64,000 nucleotides of DNA from Wenzhouxiangella sp. (GCA_036353315.1 JAZBOC010000107.1:6236-70235); one strand, 5' to 3'; positions 28,202 to 38,215 are shown, counted from the stretch's first letter. The notes: generated from the sequence alone by a model not told the origin. A program made the numbers and translations.

Positions 28202-29410
28202 TCAGTCCTTGTAGGCGCTGAGTTCCATCCGGGCGATGAGCGCGCGGTGGACTTCGTCGGGGCCATCGGCCAGGCGCAGCGAGCGAGCCGCAGTCCAGGC
28301 GGCAGCCAGCGGGAAATCACCCGATACGCCCGCTCCGCCGTGGAGCTGGATCGCCATATCGATGACCTCCTGGGCCATGCGCGGGACGGCCACCTTGATC
28401 TGAGAAACCTCGCTCATGGACTGGCGAATACCTTTGTGATCCAGACACCAGGCCGCTTTCAGAACCAGCAGGCGGGCCTGCTCGATGGCAATGCGCGCCT
28501 CGGCTATACGTTCTGCGTTTCCGCCCAGCTTGGCCAGCGGCCGCCCAAACGCTGTTCGCTCCAGCGCGCGCCGACAGGCCAGCGCCAAAGCGTGCTCGGC
28601 CAGCCCGATCAAACGCATGCAGTGATGGATGCGGCCGGGCCCCAGCCGACCCTGAGCGATTTCGAAGCCGCGCCCTGGCCCGGCGATGATGTGATCGACC
28701 GGCAGACGCACGTCGACAAAGCTGGCCTCGCCGTGTCCGTAGGGGGCGTCGAGCATGTTCATGGCGGTCAGCATGCGCTCGATCTTGACGCCAGGGCTGT
28801 CCAGGGGCACCAGCACCATGGAATGACGCCGATGGCGATCTGACTCCGGTTCCGTCAGGCCCATAAAGATGCCGACCTGACAATCCGGGTGTCCCAGTCC
28901 CGTGGACCACCACTTGCGACCGTTAAGCACGACATCAGGCCCGTCGATCAACGCTGTGGCCTGCATATTGGTGGCATCCGAAGAGGCAACATCCGGCTCG
29001 GTCATGAAGAAAGCCGATCGAATCTCGCCGTCCAACAGAGGCCGGAGCCAGCGCGCCTTCTGGCGCTCTGAGCCATAGTGATAAAGCACTTCCATGTTGC
29101 CGGTGTCGGGCGCGTTGCAGTTGAAGATCTCCGGCGCGATGAACGAGCGCCCCATGCGCTCGGCCAGCGGTGCGTAATCAAGCACCGACAGGCCCTGACC
29201 CAGTTTTTCGTCGGGTAGAAAGAGGTTCCAGAGACCCTGCCTCCGTGCCTTGTTCTTGAGTTCGCCGATGATCGGCAGGACCTGCCACGGCGGGTCCAGC
29301 GCAGCCATCTGCCGATGCCATTCCGGCTCTGCCGGCTCCACTTCAGTAAGCATGAAGTCGTCGACACGCTTTGCAATCTCGCGAGCTTTTTTCGAGGGCG
29401 TCAGGTCCAT
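28202..29410 (-). CDS. acyl-CoA dehydrogenase, FadE2 / ACAD10-11 C-terminal-domain type
   Basis: ATG at 29410 (GGAG 5 nt upstream) gives MDLTPSKKAREIAKRVDDFM. FNCNAPDTGNMEVL, FFMTEPDVASSDATNM and C-terminal RLADGPDEVH are typical of this ACAD subgroup. Confidence 0.9.
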   Translation of the reverse strand: MDLTPSKKAREIAKRVDDFMLTEVEPAEPEWHRQMAALDPPWQVLPIIGELKNKARRQGLWNLFLPDEKLGQGLSVLDYAPLAERMGRSFIAPEIFNCNAPDTGNMEVLYHYGSERQKARWLRPLLDGEIRSAFFMTEPDVASSDATNMQATALIDGPDVVLNGRKWWSTGLGHPDCQVGIFMGLTEPESDRHRRHSMVLVPLDSPGVKIERMLTAMNMLDAPYGHGEASFVDVRLPVDHIIAGPGRGFEIAQGRLGPGRIHHCMRLIGLAEHALALACRRALERTAFGRPLAKLGGNAERIAEARIAIEQARLLVLKAAWCLDHKGIRQSMSEVSQIKVAVPRMAQEVIDMAIQLHGGAGVSGDFPLAAAWTAARSLRLADGPDEVHRALIARMELSAYKD

Positions 29411-29494
29411 TCCAGCTCCATCGGGTCGGCAAACAGGGCGTTCCATCCTACTGCACCGGTCGCGCAGCCAGGCCCCAACCGGGCGAGGTCAAAA

Positions 29495-31285
29495 TCAATC
29501 AGAACCCGGGCAAGACTCATCGCGCACGATGCGGTCTCGGCCACTCTGTTTGGCCCGGTACAAAGCCCGGTCTGCTCGCTCTCGCAAAGTATGAATATCG
29601 TCCCCTGGGCGGTAGCAGCTCAGACCGAAACTAACGGTGACAGCGGGATCACCGCTGCGCACGGCGGTGCGCTTCGGCGCCCGGAACCGTTCCAGACAGG
29701 CCATCACCTCCTCGAGGCGCTGGACCTGAATCAGGACAGCGAACTCCTCGCCGCCGACGCGCCCAACCAGAGCCCCATCCGGGAACACCTCGCGGAGCTG
29801 CCGCGCCGTGCGTCCCAGTACGCCATCACCGACTCGATGACCGTGAGTGTCGTTGACATGCTTGAAGTGATCAATGTCGGCAGCGACGAGGACCAGCAGA
29901 TTCGGTTCGGATTGAGCGACGAATCGGTCGAGCAGCGATTGCGCCTGTTCGAAAAACCACGTGTGATTTGCCAGCCCGCTAAGCCCATCGTGCCGCGACA
30001 GATCTCTGAAGCGCCGTCGACTTTGAACGACTCGAACCAGCAACGCAACCAGAACAAGAAAAATCGCGCCGAGCAGAAGAAGAACGAAACCTCGTATCTG
30101 GCGTTGCTGGGCTGCAGATTGGCTCTCCAGCTGGGCAACCCGCGTGCTTTCCCGCAGCAGCTCGATTTCTTGCTGCTGGAATCGGCTGTCGAACTCGACC
30201 TGCAAATAGGCCAGGCGCATGGATCGCTCGCGATCGAGAAACAATTCGCGCGCCTCCGTGTAGCGCCGCGTGTGCAGCAGCGCGCGCTCAAAGTCACCAT
30301 TCTGTTCAGCCTGCTCGGCCTTTAACTGTTCCAGTCTAGCCTGTTGATCCCACAGTCCGCGGTCTGCGAAATAGGACCCAAGCTGAACCAACTCATCAGG
30401 CTGCGAAGACGGCGTCGCGCCGAGCGCATGCAAAGTCTCTGCACGGACCAGGCGCGCCTCGAACTCGCCGAGCGGATACACCGAGGATTGCAGCGCCTCG
30501 ATCGCCGCCTGGGCCAGAGCCAGTGCCTCATCCAACCGATCAAGGCGTCGCAGCAGATCGGCCAGGCCGTGCTGCAGAACGCCGACGAAAAGGTCGTTGC
30601 CGATCTCGCTACAGTCTTCGATACCAGCACGGTAGGCCCGCTCGGCCTGCTCGGGAAGTTCAGCCCACTTGTAGACTGGCGCCAGCCGCTGCAGTGAAAT
30701 GCATGCAGCTGAACGATCGTTCATCCGGCGAGCCAGCCTCAAGGCCTGCTCGCCGTAATCGATGCCGCGCTCGTACTCGTCAACGCGCCCCAGCATGTAA
30801 GCGGCCATGTTCAGGGTCGCGATCCGCGGAGCCCTGTCGTCCGGGCTAACGTCAATGGACAGGGCCTGAACCAGCGACTCGAAAGCACTCTCATAACGTC
30901 GCAGCAGCACGCTGAGGTTGGCGCTGAATTGAAGTACGCGCAGCCGCTGGTCATCGGGCAAGTCAAGGTCGAGAAGCTCAGTGGCGAGGATTAATCCCTG
31001 TTCGGCACGATCGGCCAAAGCCAGATGGCGCGCCTGGAGAAGCTGAAACTCCACGCTATCGCGCTGCTCCGCCTGATCCATTGCTGGGGCCAGTTCGTCC
31101 AGCAGCACCTGCGCCCGCTGCCAATCCTGGCCACTGACGCGGCGGACTTCCTCCAGCTCGGCGCGCAAATTAGGCCGACTGGAAGCCGCTGCACCGTTCG
31201 GCCCGCCGGCCGCGAGCACCGCGCCAAGCCAAACAAGGGCGAGCGACTTGGCAAAACCGAATGCTTTGCTGAACCCCCAGTTCAC
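29495..31285 (-). CDS. membrane diguanylate cyclase with periplasmic TPR-like sensor region
   Basis: 596 aa. Signal/anchor, about 380 aa of helical repeats, TM IRGFVLLLLGAIFLVLVALLV, GGDEF domain with RVGGEEF. I find no RxxD I-site at the canonical -9..-6 position. Confidence 0.85.
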   Translation of the reverse strand: MNWGFSKAFGFAKSLALVWLGAVLAAGGPNGAAASSRPNLRAELEEVRRVSGQDWQRAQVLLDELAPAMDQAEQRDSVEFQLLQARHLALADRAEQGLILATELLDLDLPDDQRLRVLQFSANLSVLLRRYESAFESLVQALSIDVSPDDRAPRIATLNMAAYMLGRVDEYERGIDYGEQALRLARRMNDRSAACISLQRLAPVYKWAELPEQAERAYRAGIEDCSEIGNDLFVGVLQHGLADLLRRLDRLDEALALAQAAIEALQSSVYPLGEFEARLVRAETLHALGATPSSQPDELVQLGSYFADRGLWDQQARLEQLKAEQAEQNGDFERALLHTRRYTEARELFLDRERSMRLAYLQVEFDSRFQQQEIELLRESTRVAQLESQSAAQQRQIRGFVLLLLGAIFLVLVALLVRVVQSRRRFRDLSRHDGLSGLANHTWFFEQAQSLLDRFVAQSEPNLLVLVAADIDHFKHVNDTHGHRVGDGVLGRTARQLREVFPDGALVGRVGGEEFAVLIQVQRLEEVMACLERFRAPKRTAVRSGDPAVTVSFGLSCYRPGDDIHTLRERADRALYRAKQSGRDRIVRDESCPGSD

Positions 31286-31365
31286 TTGCCCATGCAGCGC
31301 AGACCAGACCGCAGTATGCCACTGTCGCGCACCTGAGGGGAGCCATTCTCAGGAACAGGGTTTTT

Positions 31366-33174
31366 TCAGCCGGATGTCCGTTCAGCGCGCTTGCGCTCAT
31401 GTTCCTTGAGCAGGCGCTTGCGCAACCGGATCGAATCGGGCGTGACTTCCAGCAGCTCATCGTCGGCCAGGAACTCCAGCGCCTGCTCAAGGCTCATCCT
31501 GATCGGCGGGGTCAGCAGCAGGGCATCGTCCTTACCCGACGCGCGCACGTTGGTCAGCTTCTTGGTCTTGAGAGGATTGACGACCAGGTCGTTTTCACGC
31601 GCGTGCAGGCCGATGATCATGCCTTCATAGACATCCTCCCCGGGCCCGACGAACAGTTTGCCGCGATCCTGAAGGTTGAACAGGGCGTAGGCCACGGTGG
31701 TGCCCTGCTCCATGCTGATCAGAGTGCCGTTGATCCGTCCGGCCAGTTTCTCGGTTGCCGGTCCCCAGTGGTCGAAAACCCGGAAAAACAGGCCGGTGCC
31801 GGCGGTCATGGTGCGATAGCTCGACTGAAAGCCGATCAAACCGCGCGCCGGAGCAAGATAATCGAGGCGAACCCGGCCCCGGCCGTCGGGAGTCATATCC
31901 TTGAGCTGGCCCTTGCGCTCACCCATGGCCTGCATCACCGCACCCTGGTAACCCTCTTCAAGATCCAGCACCACCGACTCCCAGGGCTCATGAACCTCGC
32001 CGTCCACTTCGCGCTTGCGCACGCGGGGGCGAGACACCGACAGCTCGTAGCCTTCGCGGCGCATCGACTCAATCAGCACCGACAGGTGCAGTTCGCCGCG
32101 GCCGGCCACGTCAAACTGGTCCGGGTCAGCCGTATCGGTCACCTGAAGGGCCACGTTATGGGTCGCTTCCTGGTAGAGCCGGGCACGCAGCTGCCGGCTG
32201 GTCAGGTATTTGCCCTCCCGGCCAGCAAACGGCGAATCATTGACCTGGAAGGTCATGTGGATGGTCGGTTCGTCCACGGTCAGCGGCGGCAGAGCTTCCA
32301 CCGCGGCCGGGTCGCAGAGGGTGTCCGAGATGCTGATGCTCTCGAGACCCGAAATACCGACAATGTCTCCGGCTTCGGCCTCGGCGATTTCCTCGCGCTT
32401 GAGACCCTTGAAACCAAGCACCTGGAGAACCCGACCCGATCGCTTCTTGCCGTTTCGGTCAATCACGCTGACCGGCTGGTTGGTCTTGACCTTGCCGCGC
32501 CGTATCCGCCCTATCCCGATCAGGCCGACGTAGGTCGAAAAGGACAAGGTCGAAACCTGCATCTGAAACGGCCCATCCGGATCCACGGGCGGGGCCGGCA
32601 CATGCTCGACCAGTGCCTCAAACAGCGGCGTGAGATCGCCAGAGCGAACGCTCTCGTCGAGCCCGGCGTAGCCGTTGAGACCCGATGCGTAGATCACCGG
32701 AAAATCAAGCTGCTCGTCGCTTGCGCCGAGCTTATCGAATAGATCAAAGGTCTGGTTCAGCACCCAGTCCGGTCGCGCACCCGGTCGATCGACTTTGTTG
32801 ATCACCACGATGGGCTTAAAACCCATGGCAAAGGCTTTCTGGGTTACGAAGCGGGTCTGCGGCATCGGTCCGTCGACCGCATCGACCAGCAGGAGAACGG
32901 AATCCACCATCGACAGCACCCGCTCAACCTCGCCGCCAAAGTCTGCGTGGCCCGGCGTGTCAACGATATTGATCCGCCAGTCACGCCAGGTGATCGCGGT
33001 GTTTTTGGCCAGGATGGTAATACCGCGCTCGCGTTCCTGATCCTCGGAATCCATCATCCGTTCGGTCAGGCGCTCGTGGGCGGCGAATTCGCCCGACTGA
33101 CGCAACAGTTGGTCAACCAGCGTGGTTTTGCCATGGTCGACGTGGGCGATGATGGCGATGTTGCGGAGTTTCAT
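31366..33174 (-). CDS. typA: ribosome-binding translational GTPase TypA/BipA
   Basis: ATG at 33174 gives [24 protein letters not shown] (G1), [11 protein letters not shown] (G3), NKVDR (G4). The upstream ATG at 33204 would add 10 non-conserved residues. Confidence 0.95.
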   Translation of the reverse strand: MKLRNIAIIAHVDHGKTTLVDQLLRQSGEFAAHERLTERMMDSEDQERERGITILAKNTAITWRDWRINIVDTPGHADFGGEVERVLSMVDSVLLLVDAVDGPMPQTRFVTQKAFAMGFKPIVVINKVDRPGARPDWVLNQTFDLFDKLGASDEQLDFPVIYASGLNGYAGLDESVRSGDLTPLFEALVEHVPAPPVDPDGPFQMQVSTLSFSTYVGLIGIGRIRRGKVKTNQPVSVIDRNGKKRSGRVLQVLGFKGLKREEIAEAEAGDIVGISGLESISISDTLCDPAAVEALPPLTVDEPTIHMTFQVNDSPFAGREGKYLTSRQLRARLYQEATHNVALQVTDTADPDQFDVAGRGELHLSVLIESMRREGYELSVSRPRVRKREVDGEVHEPWESVVLDLEEGYQGAVMQAMGERKGQLKDMTPDGRGRVRLDYLAPARGLIGFQSSYRTMTAGTGLFFRVFDHWGPATEKLAGRINGTLISMEQGTTVAYALFNLQDRGKLFVGPGEDVYEGMIIGLHARENDLVVNPLKTKKLTNVRASGKDDALLLTPPIRMSLEQALEFLADDELLEVTPDSIRLRKRLLKEHERKRAERTSG

Positions 33175-33266
33175 GGAAGACGGGCTCAGGCCAGGGCCGC
33201 GCATTATACCTGTCCGCCGGGCCTGAAGCGCCGCCGTCCGCGCGGACTAGTAAGCCACGCGGCGCA

Positions 33267-33992
33267 TCAAGGGCCTTTGCCGATCCAGGTGTCGAAGGGC
33301 CAGTCGCTGCCGGCCCGCATGGCCTCCAGCCCGGCGCGCTCGCGCTCGCTGATGGTATCCAGGAAATGATCCGCCGAGCCCATTTCGGCGAAGGCGTTGA
33401 GCCCGTCGCGCAGAAATTCCTGCAGCGCTCTGAAGCCGGCGACAACAGCCGGCCCATGCATCAGCCGAATAAGGCGATGAACCAGCGGTCTCTGAACGGT
33501 CTCGCCCAATAGTTCTCCAAGCTCACGAATCAGAATCAGCTGACGCTCTCGGCCCTCCCAGTCACCATGAGCGCGGTACGCTCGGGCATAGTCGGGCTGG
33601 GTGATCGGATCGACTTCCAGCAGCAACTCGGCCAAGGCCAGATCGAACTGCAGACTGACCGCCTGCAGCTGCATGGCGTCGCCAACCGCAGCCAGCAGGT
33701 GATCGGGCAGGAATCGGCGCATCACCGGCGCTGCGCGCATCAGCTGTCGGTCACGCTCGACGAAATCGCGACCGCCGTAGAGCTCATGCAAGAAGAACTC
33801 GCAGGCCGGCAGGTAGCGGGGATCGTCGCGCAGGTCCTGGTAGGTCGCATCGAGACGCAGCCGCTGCCAGTGCTGCAGCCGGGCCAGTGAGCGGGCGTGC
33901 GGCACATCCAGGTCATGAATCTGCTGACCCAGTTCCTGATTGACCAGGATCTGCTGGTGCAGATGCCGGTAGGACGGCGACTCGCTCATCAA
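33267..33992 (-). CDS. conserved hypothetical protein carrying an FFLxELY-type motif
   Basis: 241 aa soluble helical protein. Motif CEFFLHELYGGRDF. ATGA overlap with the upstream peroxiredoxin gene. I recall a family named for an FFLEELY motif but cannot verify it here. Confidence 0.55.
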   Translation of the reverse strand: MMSESPSYRHLHQQILVNQELGQQIHDLDVPHARSLARLQHWQRLRLDATYQDLRDDPRYLPACEFFLHELYGGRDFVERDRQLMRAAPVMRRFLPDHLLAAVGDAMQLQAVSLQFDLALAELLLEVDPITQPDYARAYRAHGDWEGRERQLILIRELGELLGETVQRPLVHRLIRLMHGPAVVAGFRALQEFLRDGLNAFAEMGSADHFLDTISERERAGLEAMRAGSDWPFDTWIGKGP

Positions 33993-34435
33993 AGCTGCCG
34001 GATCGCCTCGATCAGTTCCTCTCGCCGGCGGCGGAACACCGCCACGCTTTCTACATGGCGATATCGAACGCGCTGATCCTCATCCAGCAAAAAGACTCCC
34101 CTTTTCATTCCAATCAGTGCCTTGCAGTCATATTTTCGAGCCACCTCAAGGTCAGCATCACTGAGCAGCGTAAACGGCAGATCATGCTTGTCGCGAAACG
34201 CCCGGTGTGACTCCGGATCGTCAGGGCTGATCCCGACGACCTCCACGTCCAGGCCGGCAAACGCCTCCACGCCGTCACGGTAATCGCATAGCTGGGCAGT
34301 GCAGACCGGGGTGTCGTCACCCGGGTAGAACACCAGCAGCAGCCGCTTGCCCCGGTGATCGGACAGTCTGAACAGGCCACCGGACTGATCCAGCAATTCG
34401 AAGTCAGGCGCCTGGTCGCCGGTTTGGATCGTCAT
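33989..34435 (-). CDS. bcp: thiol peroxidase, Bcp/PrxQ-type peroxiredoxin
   Basis: ATG at 34435 gives MTIQTGDQAPDFELLDQSGGLFRLSDHRGKRLLLVFYPGDDTPVCTAQLC (peroxidatic and resolving Cys, CxxxxC). The longest ORF adds 74 implausible residues. Confidence 0.85.
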   Translation of the reverse strand: MTIQTGDQAPDFELLDQSGGLFRLSDHRGKRLLLVFYPGDDTPVCTAQLCDYRDGVEAFAGLDVEVVGISPDDPESHRAFRDKHDLPFTLLSDADLEVARKYDCKALIGMKRGVFLLDEDQRVRYRHVESVAVFRRRREELIEAIRQL

Positions 34436-34504
34436 CGGTATGCCGCCTTTGCTAAAAAGATGATCAAGCGGTGCATTATAATCGAGCAACAGGAGACTCC
34501 AGCC

Positions 34505-35737
34505 ATGCTCAAGCTTACTCCCGCCAGCCAGAATCGACGCCTTACCCGAGCACCCACGATCGGTTTGGCGATCGCCGGCGGTGGACCCCTCGGCGCGATT
34601 TACGAACTCGGCGTCCTGCAGGCGCTCGAGGAAGCCATCGACGGCGTCCGGATGCACGACCTGGACGTCTACGTGGGGGTCAGCTCCGGGTCTTTTCTGA
34701 CCGCAAGCCTGGCCAACCGGATCACGACCAGCCAGATGAGCCGAATCTTCATGAGCTCACCTGACGCAGAGTTTCGCTTCCAGCCCGACCTGTTCCTGCG
34801 ACCGGCCGTACGCGAGTACTTCGATCGGGCGATGAGCGTGCCCGGTGTGGTTCTGGATATTCTTGTTGAGTGTATTCGCCACCCCGAACGCATTGCCCAT
34901 CTGGAAAGCATCGAGAGTCTGAGCCGCTTGATTCCGACCGGCATTTTCGACAACCACAGCATTGATGACTTCGTAGCCGGCATTCTTTCCAGGCCCGGTC
35001 GCAGCAATGATTTCCGAAACCTTGGCGCTCGCCTTCGAATCGTGGCCGTCGACCTGGAAACCGGCCAGGCGGTTCGTTTTGGAGAACCCGGCCGGGACCA
35101 CGTGCCGATATCGACCGCGGTTCAGGCTTCAGCTGCGCTGCCCGGCTTGTATCCGCCAGTCGAGATCGAAGGCCATTACTATGTCGACGGCGCGCTGCGG
35201 AGAACGCTCCACGCTTCGGTCGCGCTGAAAGAGGGTGCCGACCTGTTGATCGGCATCAATCCATTGGTGCCCTATGACGCTGAACTGGACCCGGGCGTGC
35301 CACCGGACGGGCGCAGTTCCAGCCGGATGATCAAGGGCGGACTGCCCGTGGTTTTATCGCAGACCTTTCGCGCGCTGATCCAGTCGCGCATGCAGGTCGG
35401 CATGGCGAAGTACCAGACTGAATTTCCGGGCTCTTCGATCCTGTTGGTCGAACCCAACCGCAACGATGAGCGCATGTTCTTCACCAACGTGTTCAGCTAC
35501 TCATCGCGTAAGGAGCTGGTCGATCACGCCTACCGAACCACGCGCGCCGAGCTGCTCGCCCGGGCTGACGCCATGGAGGCATTCCTTGAACCCTACGAAC
35601 TGGGTCTCAATCGCGCCATCCTGAAAAAGGACCGTAGCTTCATTGAAGCCATGGCGGCTGAAAAACGCTATTTAGCCCCGATGGGCAACAGCCTGGCACG
35701 CAGTCTCGACCAGCTAGATCGGCTGCTGCGCGGCTGA
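34505..35737 (+). CDS. patatin-like phospholipase family protein
   Basis: ATG at 34505 (AGGAGA 8 nt upstream). Oxyanion GLAIAGGGPLGAIYELG, nucleophile GVSSGS (GxSxG), catalytic Asp in YYVDGAL. Confidence 0.85.
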   Translation: MLKLTPASQNRRLTRAPTIGLAIAGGGPLGAIYELGVLQALEEAIDGVRMHDLDVYVGVSSGSFLTASLANRITTSQMSRIFMSSPDAEFRFQPDLFLRPAVREYFDRAMSVPGVVLDILVECIRHPERIAHLESIESLSRLIPTGIFDNHSIDDFVAGILSRPGRSNDFRNLGARLRIVAVDLETGQAVRFGEPGRDHVPISTAVQASAALPGLYPPVEIEGHYYVDGALRRTLHASVALKEGADLLIGINPLVPYDAELDPGVPPDGRSSSRMIKGGLPVVLSQTFRALIQSRMQVGMAKYQTEFPGSSILLVEPNRNDERMFFTNVFSYSSRKELVDHAYRTTRAELLARADAMEAFLEPYELGLNRAILKKDRSFIEAMAAEKRYLAPMGNSLARSLDQLDRLLRG

Positions 35738-35752
35738 CAGTCTCTCTGGGCG

Positions 35753-35774
35753 CACGGGGCCGCGCGGCCCCGTG
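35753..35774. terminator. GC-rich hairpin between convergent patatin and reductase genes
   Basis: CACGGGGCCG (35753..35762) pairs with CGGCCCCGTG (35765..35774). No clear U-tract on either side. Confidence 0.35.
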
Positions 35775-35793
35775 TGCCCGGAGGCCACGATGA

Positions 35794-37782
35794 CTACCAG
35801 TGAATCCCGCGCATCAGCGAGGCGAAGGCGACCTGTTCCTGTGTCGGCTGATCGTCCCGATCGCCCTTTTCGCCTTTGGCCGCCGACGAATCCGGAAACA
35901 TCCTGAACGCGGAGTTCATGATGATCTCCGAGCTCTTCGGCGCGATCGAATGCAGCACCTGCGAGAAAATCCCCAGGCGCGTGGCAATTCGCTGCGGCCG
36001 GTAAATCACCGCCTGCTTGACCATATCGGCCGCATCCTCCGGAGTGATCGTGGGAACTGACTCGTACATCTTGGTCGGCGCGATCATCGGAGTGCGCACC
36101 AGCGGCATGTTGATGGTGGTAAAGGAAACGCCGGTATCGTTGAACTCGGAGGCCGCACAGCGGGAAAACGCATCGAGCGCGGCCTTAGACGCCACGTAGG
36201 CGGAAAACCGGGGCGCGTTCGACAGCACGCCGATCGATGAAATGTTGATAACCTGGCCCTTGCGGCGCTTCTCCATCACCGGCAAAAAGCCCATGATCAA
36301 CTTCAGCGAGCCGAAATAGTTCAGCTGCATGCAGCGCTCATAGTCGTGAAAACGGTCGTAGGACAGCGAGATCGAGCGGCGGATCGAGCGTCCGGCGTTG
36401 TTGACCAGGATATCGACGTGACCGTGATCGGCCAGAACCTGCTGAATCAGGCGCTCGGCGTCTGAAAGATCGGCGAGGTCACAGGTGTAGGCATGAACCT
36501 GCCCGCCAACAGCCTCGATTTCGGCCTTGGTCTCCAGCAGTTGCTCCTCACCGCGCGCCACGATGATGGTTGTGGCACCCGCCTCGCCCATCATAAGCGC
36601 CGTGGCCTTGCCGATTCCCGAAGAGGCCCCTGTAATCAACACAACCTTGTCGCGCACCTTGCCCGACAGCGACCGATCAATGAACAACTCCGGATCCAGG
36701 TGGCGTTCCCAGTAGTCCCAGAGAACCCAGGCGTATTCATCGAGCGGCGGCACGCTGATCCCCGATCCTTTCAGGGCTCGTTCGGCGTCGCGGGTATCGA
36801 AATGGGTCGGATAGTTGAAAAAGCTCAGCATGTCTTTCGGAATGCCGAGGTCCTTGAGCACCTGGTTGATGATTCGCTTTACCGGCGGAAGCATCCCGAG
36901 ACCCTGCTTGACCGGTGCCGGAATCAGGGAGAACAACCGCGCGTCCAGGCGCATCGACATCAGCGGCGCATGCGCTGCCTCGGCAAACAGATTCATGACC
37001 TCGCCGATTCGCTTCGGTGCCGGGTCAGTCAGATGGAAACACTGCCCGTCCAATTTCGGCTTGTGGGCGATGTGGTCCATGGCTCGGGCCACGAAGTCTA
37101 CCGGCACCAGATTGATCCGCCCACCCTCCAGGCCCAGCGTCGGCACCCACGGCGGCAACATTCGGCGCATCTTCTGAATCAACTTGAAGAAATAGTAAGG
37201 CCCATCGATTTTGTCGATCTCGCCAGTCTTTGAATGTCCAACCACGATGCCGGGGCGGTACACCCGCCAGGGGATACTGCAGTGCTTGCGCACCAGGCCT
37301 TCCGAATCGTGCTTGGTCCGGAAATAGGGATGGTTGAGCCCACTGGCTTCTTCGAACATGTCTTCGCGGAACGTCCCGCGATACAGTCCAGCCGCAGCAA
37401 TCGAGGAGGTGTGATGAAAGCACTTGGCCTGGAGCGCTTCGGCGCATTGAATCGCATGCCGAGTGCCGTCGATGTTGGCAGCCTGGTTGTCTTCTGCGCT
37501 GGCCTTCAGGTCGTAGACCGCCGCCAAGTGGAAAAAATGTCGAACCTTGCCGCTTAGCGCCTCCCGATCGGCAGCGCTGAGTCCGAGTGCCGGTTTGGTG
37601 AGGTCACCACTGACGGCCACGACCCGTTTCTTGTGGTCAGCCCAACGCTCTTCGACCAGGCGGTTGAACTTTTTCTTGGAACCCCTCCGGACCAGCACGT
37701 GGACAACCCCCTTGCGCGCCAGCAGCTGGTCGATCAGGTTACGGCCGATGAACCCCGTGCCACCGGTGACGAAATAGGTCAT
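35794..37782 (-). CDS. two-domain fatty acyl-CoA reductase (Marinobacter Maqu_2507-type; alcohol-forming)
   Basis: ATG at 37782 (GGGAGAAG upstream) gives MTYFVTGGTGFIGRNL. N-terminal reductase domain, second Rossmann VVLITGASSGIGKA with SAYVASKAAL, C-terminal QVAFASLMRGIHW. Near-collinear with the Maqu_2507 sequence as I recall it. Confidence 0.9.
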   Translation of the reverse strand: MTYFVTGGTGFIGRNLIDQLLARKGVVHVLVRRGSKKKFNRLVEERWADHKKRVVAVSGDLTKPALGLSAADREALSGKVRHFFHLAAVYDLKASAEDNQAANIDGTRHAIQCAEALQAKCFHHTSSIAAAGLYRGTFREDMFEEASGLNHPYFRTKHDSEGLVRKHCSIPWRVYRPGIVVGHSKTGEIDKIDGPYYFFKLIQKMRRMLPPWVPTLGLEGGRINLVPVDFVARAMDHIAHKPKLDGQCFHLTDPAPKRIGEVMNLFAEAAHAPLMSMRLDARLFSLIPAPVKQGLGMLPPVKRIINQVLKDLGIPKDMLSFFNYPTHFDTRDAERALKGSGISVPPLDEYAWVLWDYWERHLDPELFIDRSLSGKVRDKVVLITGASSGIGKATALMMGEAGATTIIVARGEEQLLETKAEIEAVGGQVHAYTCDLADLSDAERLIQQVLADHGHVDILVNNAGRSIRRSISLSYDRFHDYERCMQLNYFGSLKLIMGFLPVMEKRRKGQVINISSIGVLSNAPRFSAYVASKAALDAFSRCAASEFNDTGVSFTTINMPLVRTPMIAPTKMYESVPTITPEDAADMVKQAVIYRPQRIATRLGIFSQVLHSIAPKSSEIIMNSAFRMFPDSSAAKGEKGDRDDQPTQEQVAFASLMRGIHW

Positions 37783-37941
37783 GAATGCTTCTCCCTGCGA
37801 TCGTTTATTCAAGAATGCCTCTCTGACCGACTAAGATACCGCCTGCCCCCGAATTCTGCCACCTGCAGGGGATCATTGACCCGACTCGGGGCCCGTGCTA
37901 GAAAGGGAATCTTGTTTCTCAATGGACCCGGAATCCACGAC

Positions 37942-38199
37942 ATGAGCGATCTCGACACCCGCTTCCAGCAGGCCCAGGCAGACGCCAAACAACTGCCGGA
38001 ACGGCCTGACAATGACACGATGCTCAAGCTTTACGGTTATTTCAAGCAGGGCTCGCAAGGCGATGTCAGCGGGGAAAAACCCGGTTTTTTCGACTTCGTC
38101 GGCGTCGCCAAGTACGAGGCTTGGGAGAAGCGCCGAGGCATGTCCAGCGACGAGGCCAAGCAGAAATACATCGACCTGGTCGATTCGCTCAAGGGCTGA
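37942..38199 (+). CDS. acyl-CoA-binding protein (ACBP)
   Basis: ATG at 37942 gives an 85-aa protein. RPDNDTMLKLYGYFKQGSQGDV...PGFFDFVGVAKYEAWEKRRGMS is the canonical ACBP four-helix signature (KQA/YxxxK...KWxAW type). Confidence 0.85.
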   Translation: MSDLDTRFQQAQADAKQLPERPDNDTMLKLYGYFKQGSQGDVSGEKPGFFDFVGVAKYEAWEKRRGMSSDEAKQKYIDLVDSLKG

Positions 38200-38215
38200 G
38201 GAGCGCCGCCTGTGC

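Noticed and set aside
31333-31354. Hairpin CCTGAG...CTCAGG just downstream of typA
   Set aside because: On the typA (minus) strand it is not followed by a T-run. The T-run lies on the plus strand, where no gene ends.
31399-32742. 447-aa plus-strand ORF
   Set aside because: Antisense to typA/bipA. It has no recognisable motifs and arises from GC3 bias suppressing stop codons.
37783-37941. Candidate TetR operator in the reductase/ACBP divergent region (direct GAATGCYTCTC repeats, CCTGCAGG and GAATTC palindromes)
   Set aside because: The repeat overlaps the reductase RBS/start and may be coincidental. The palindromes are only 6-8 bp. No extended dyad typical of TetR operators could be identified by eye.
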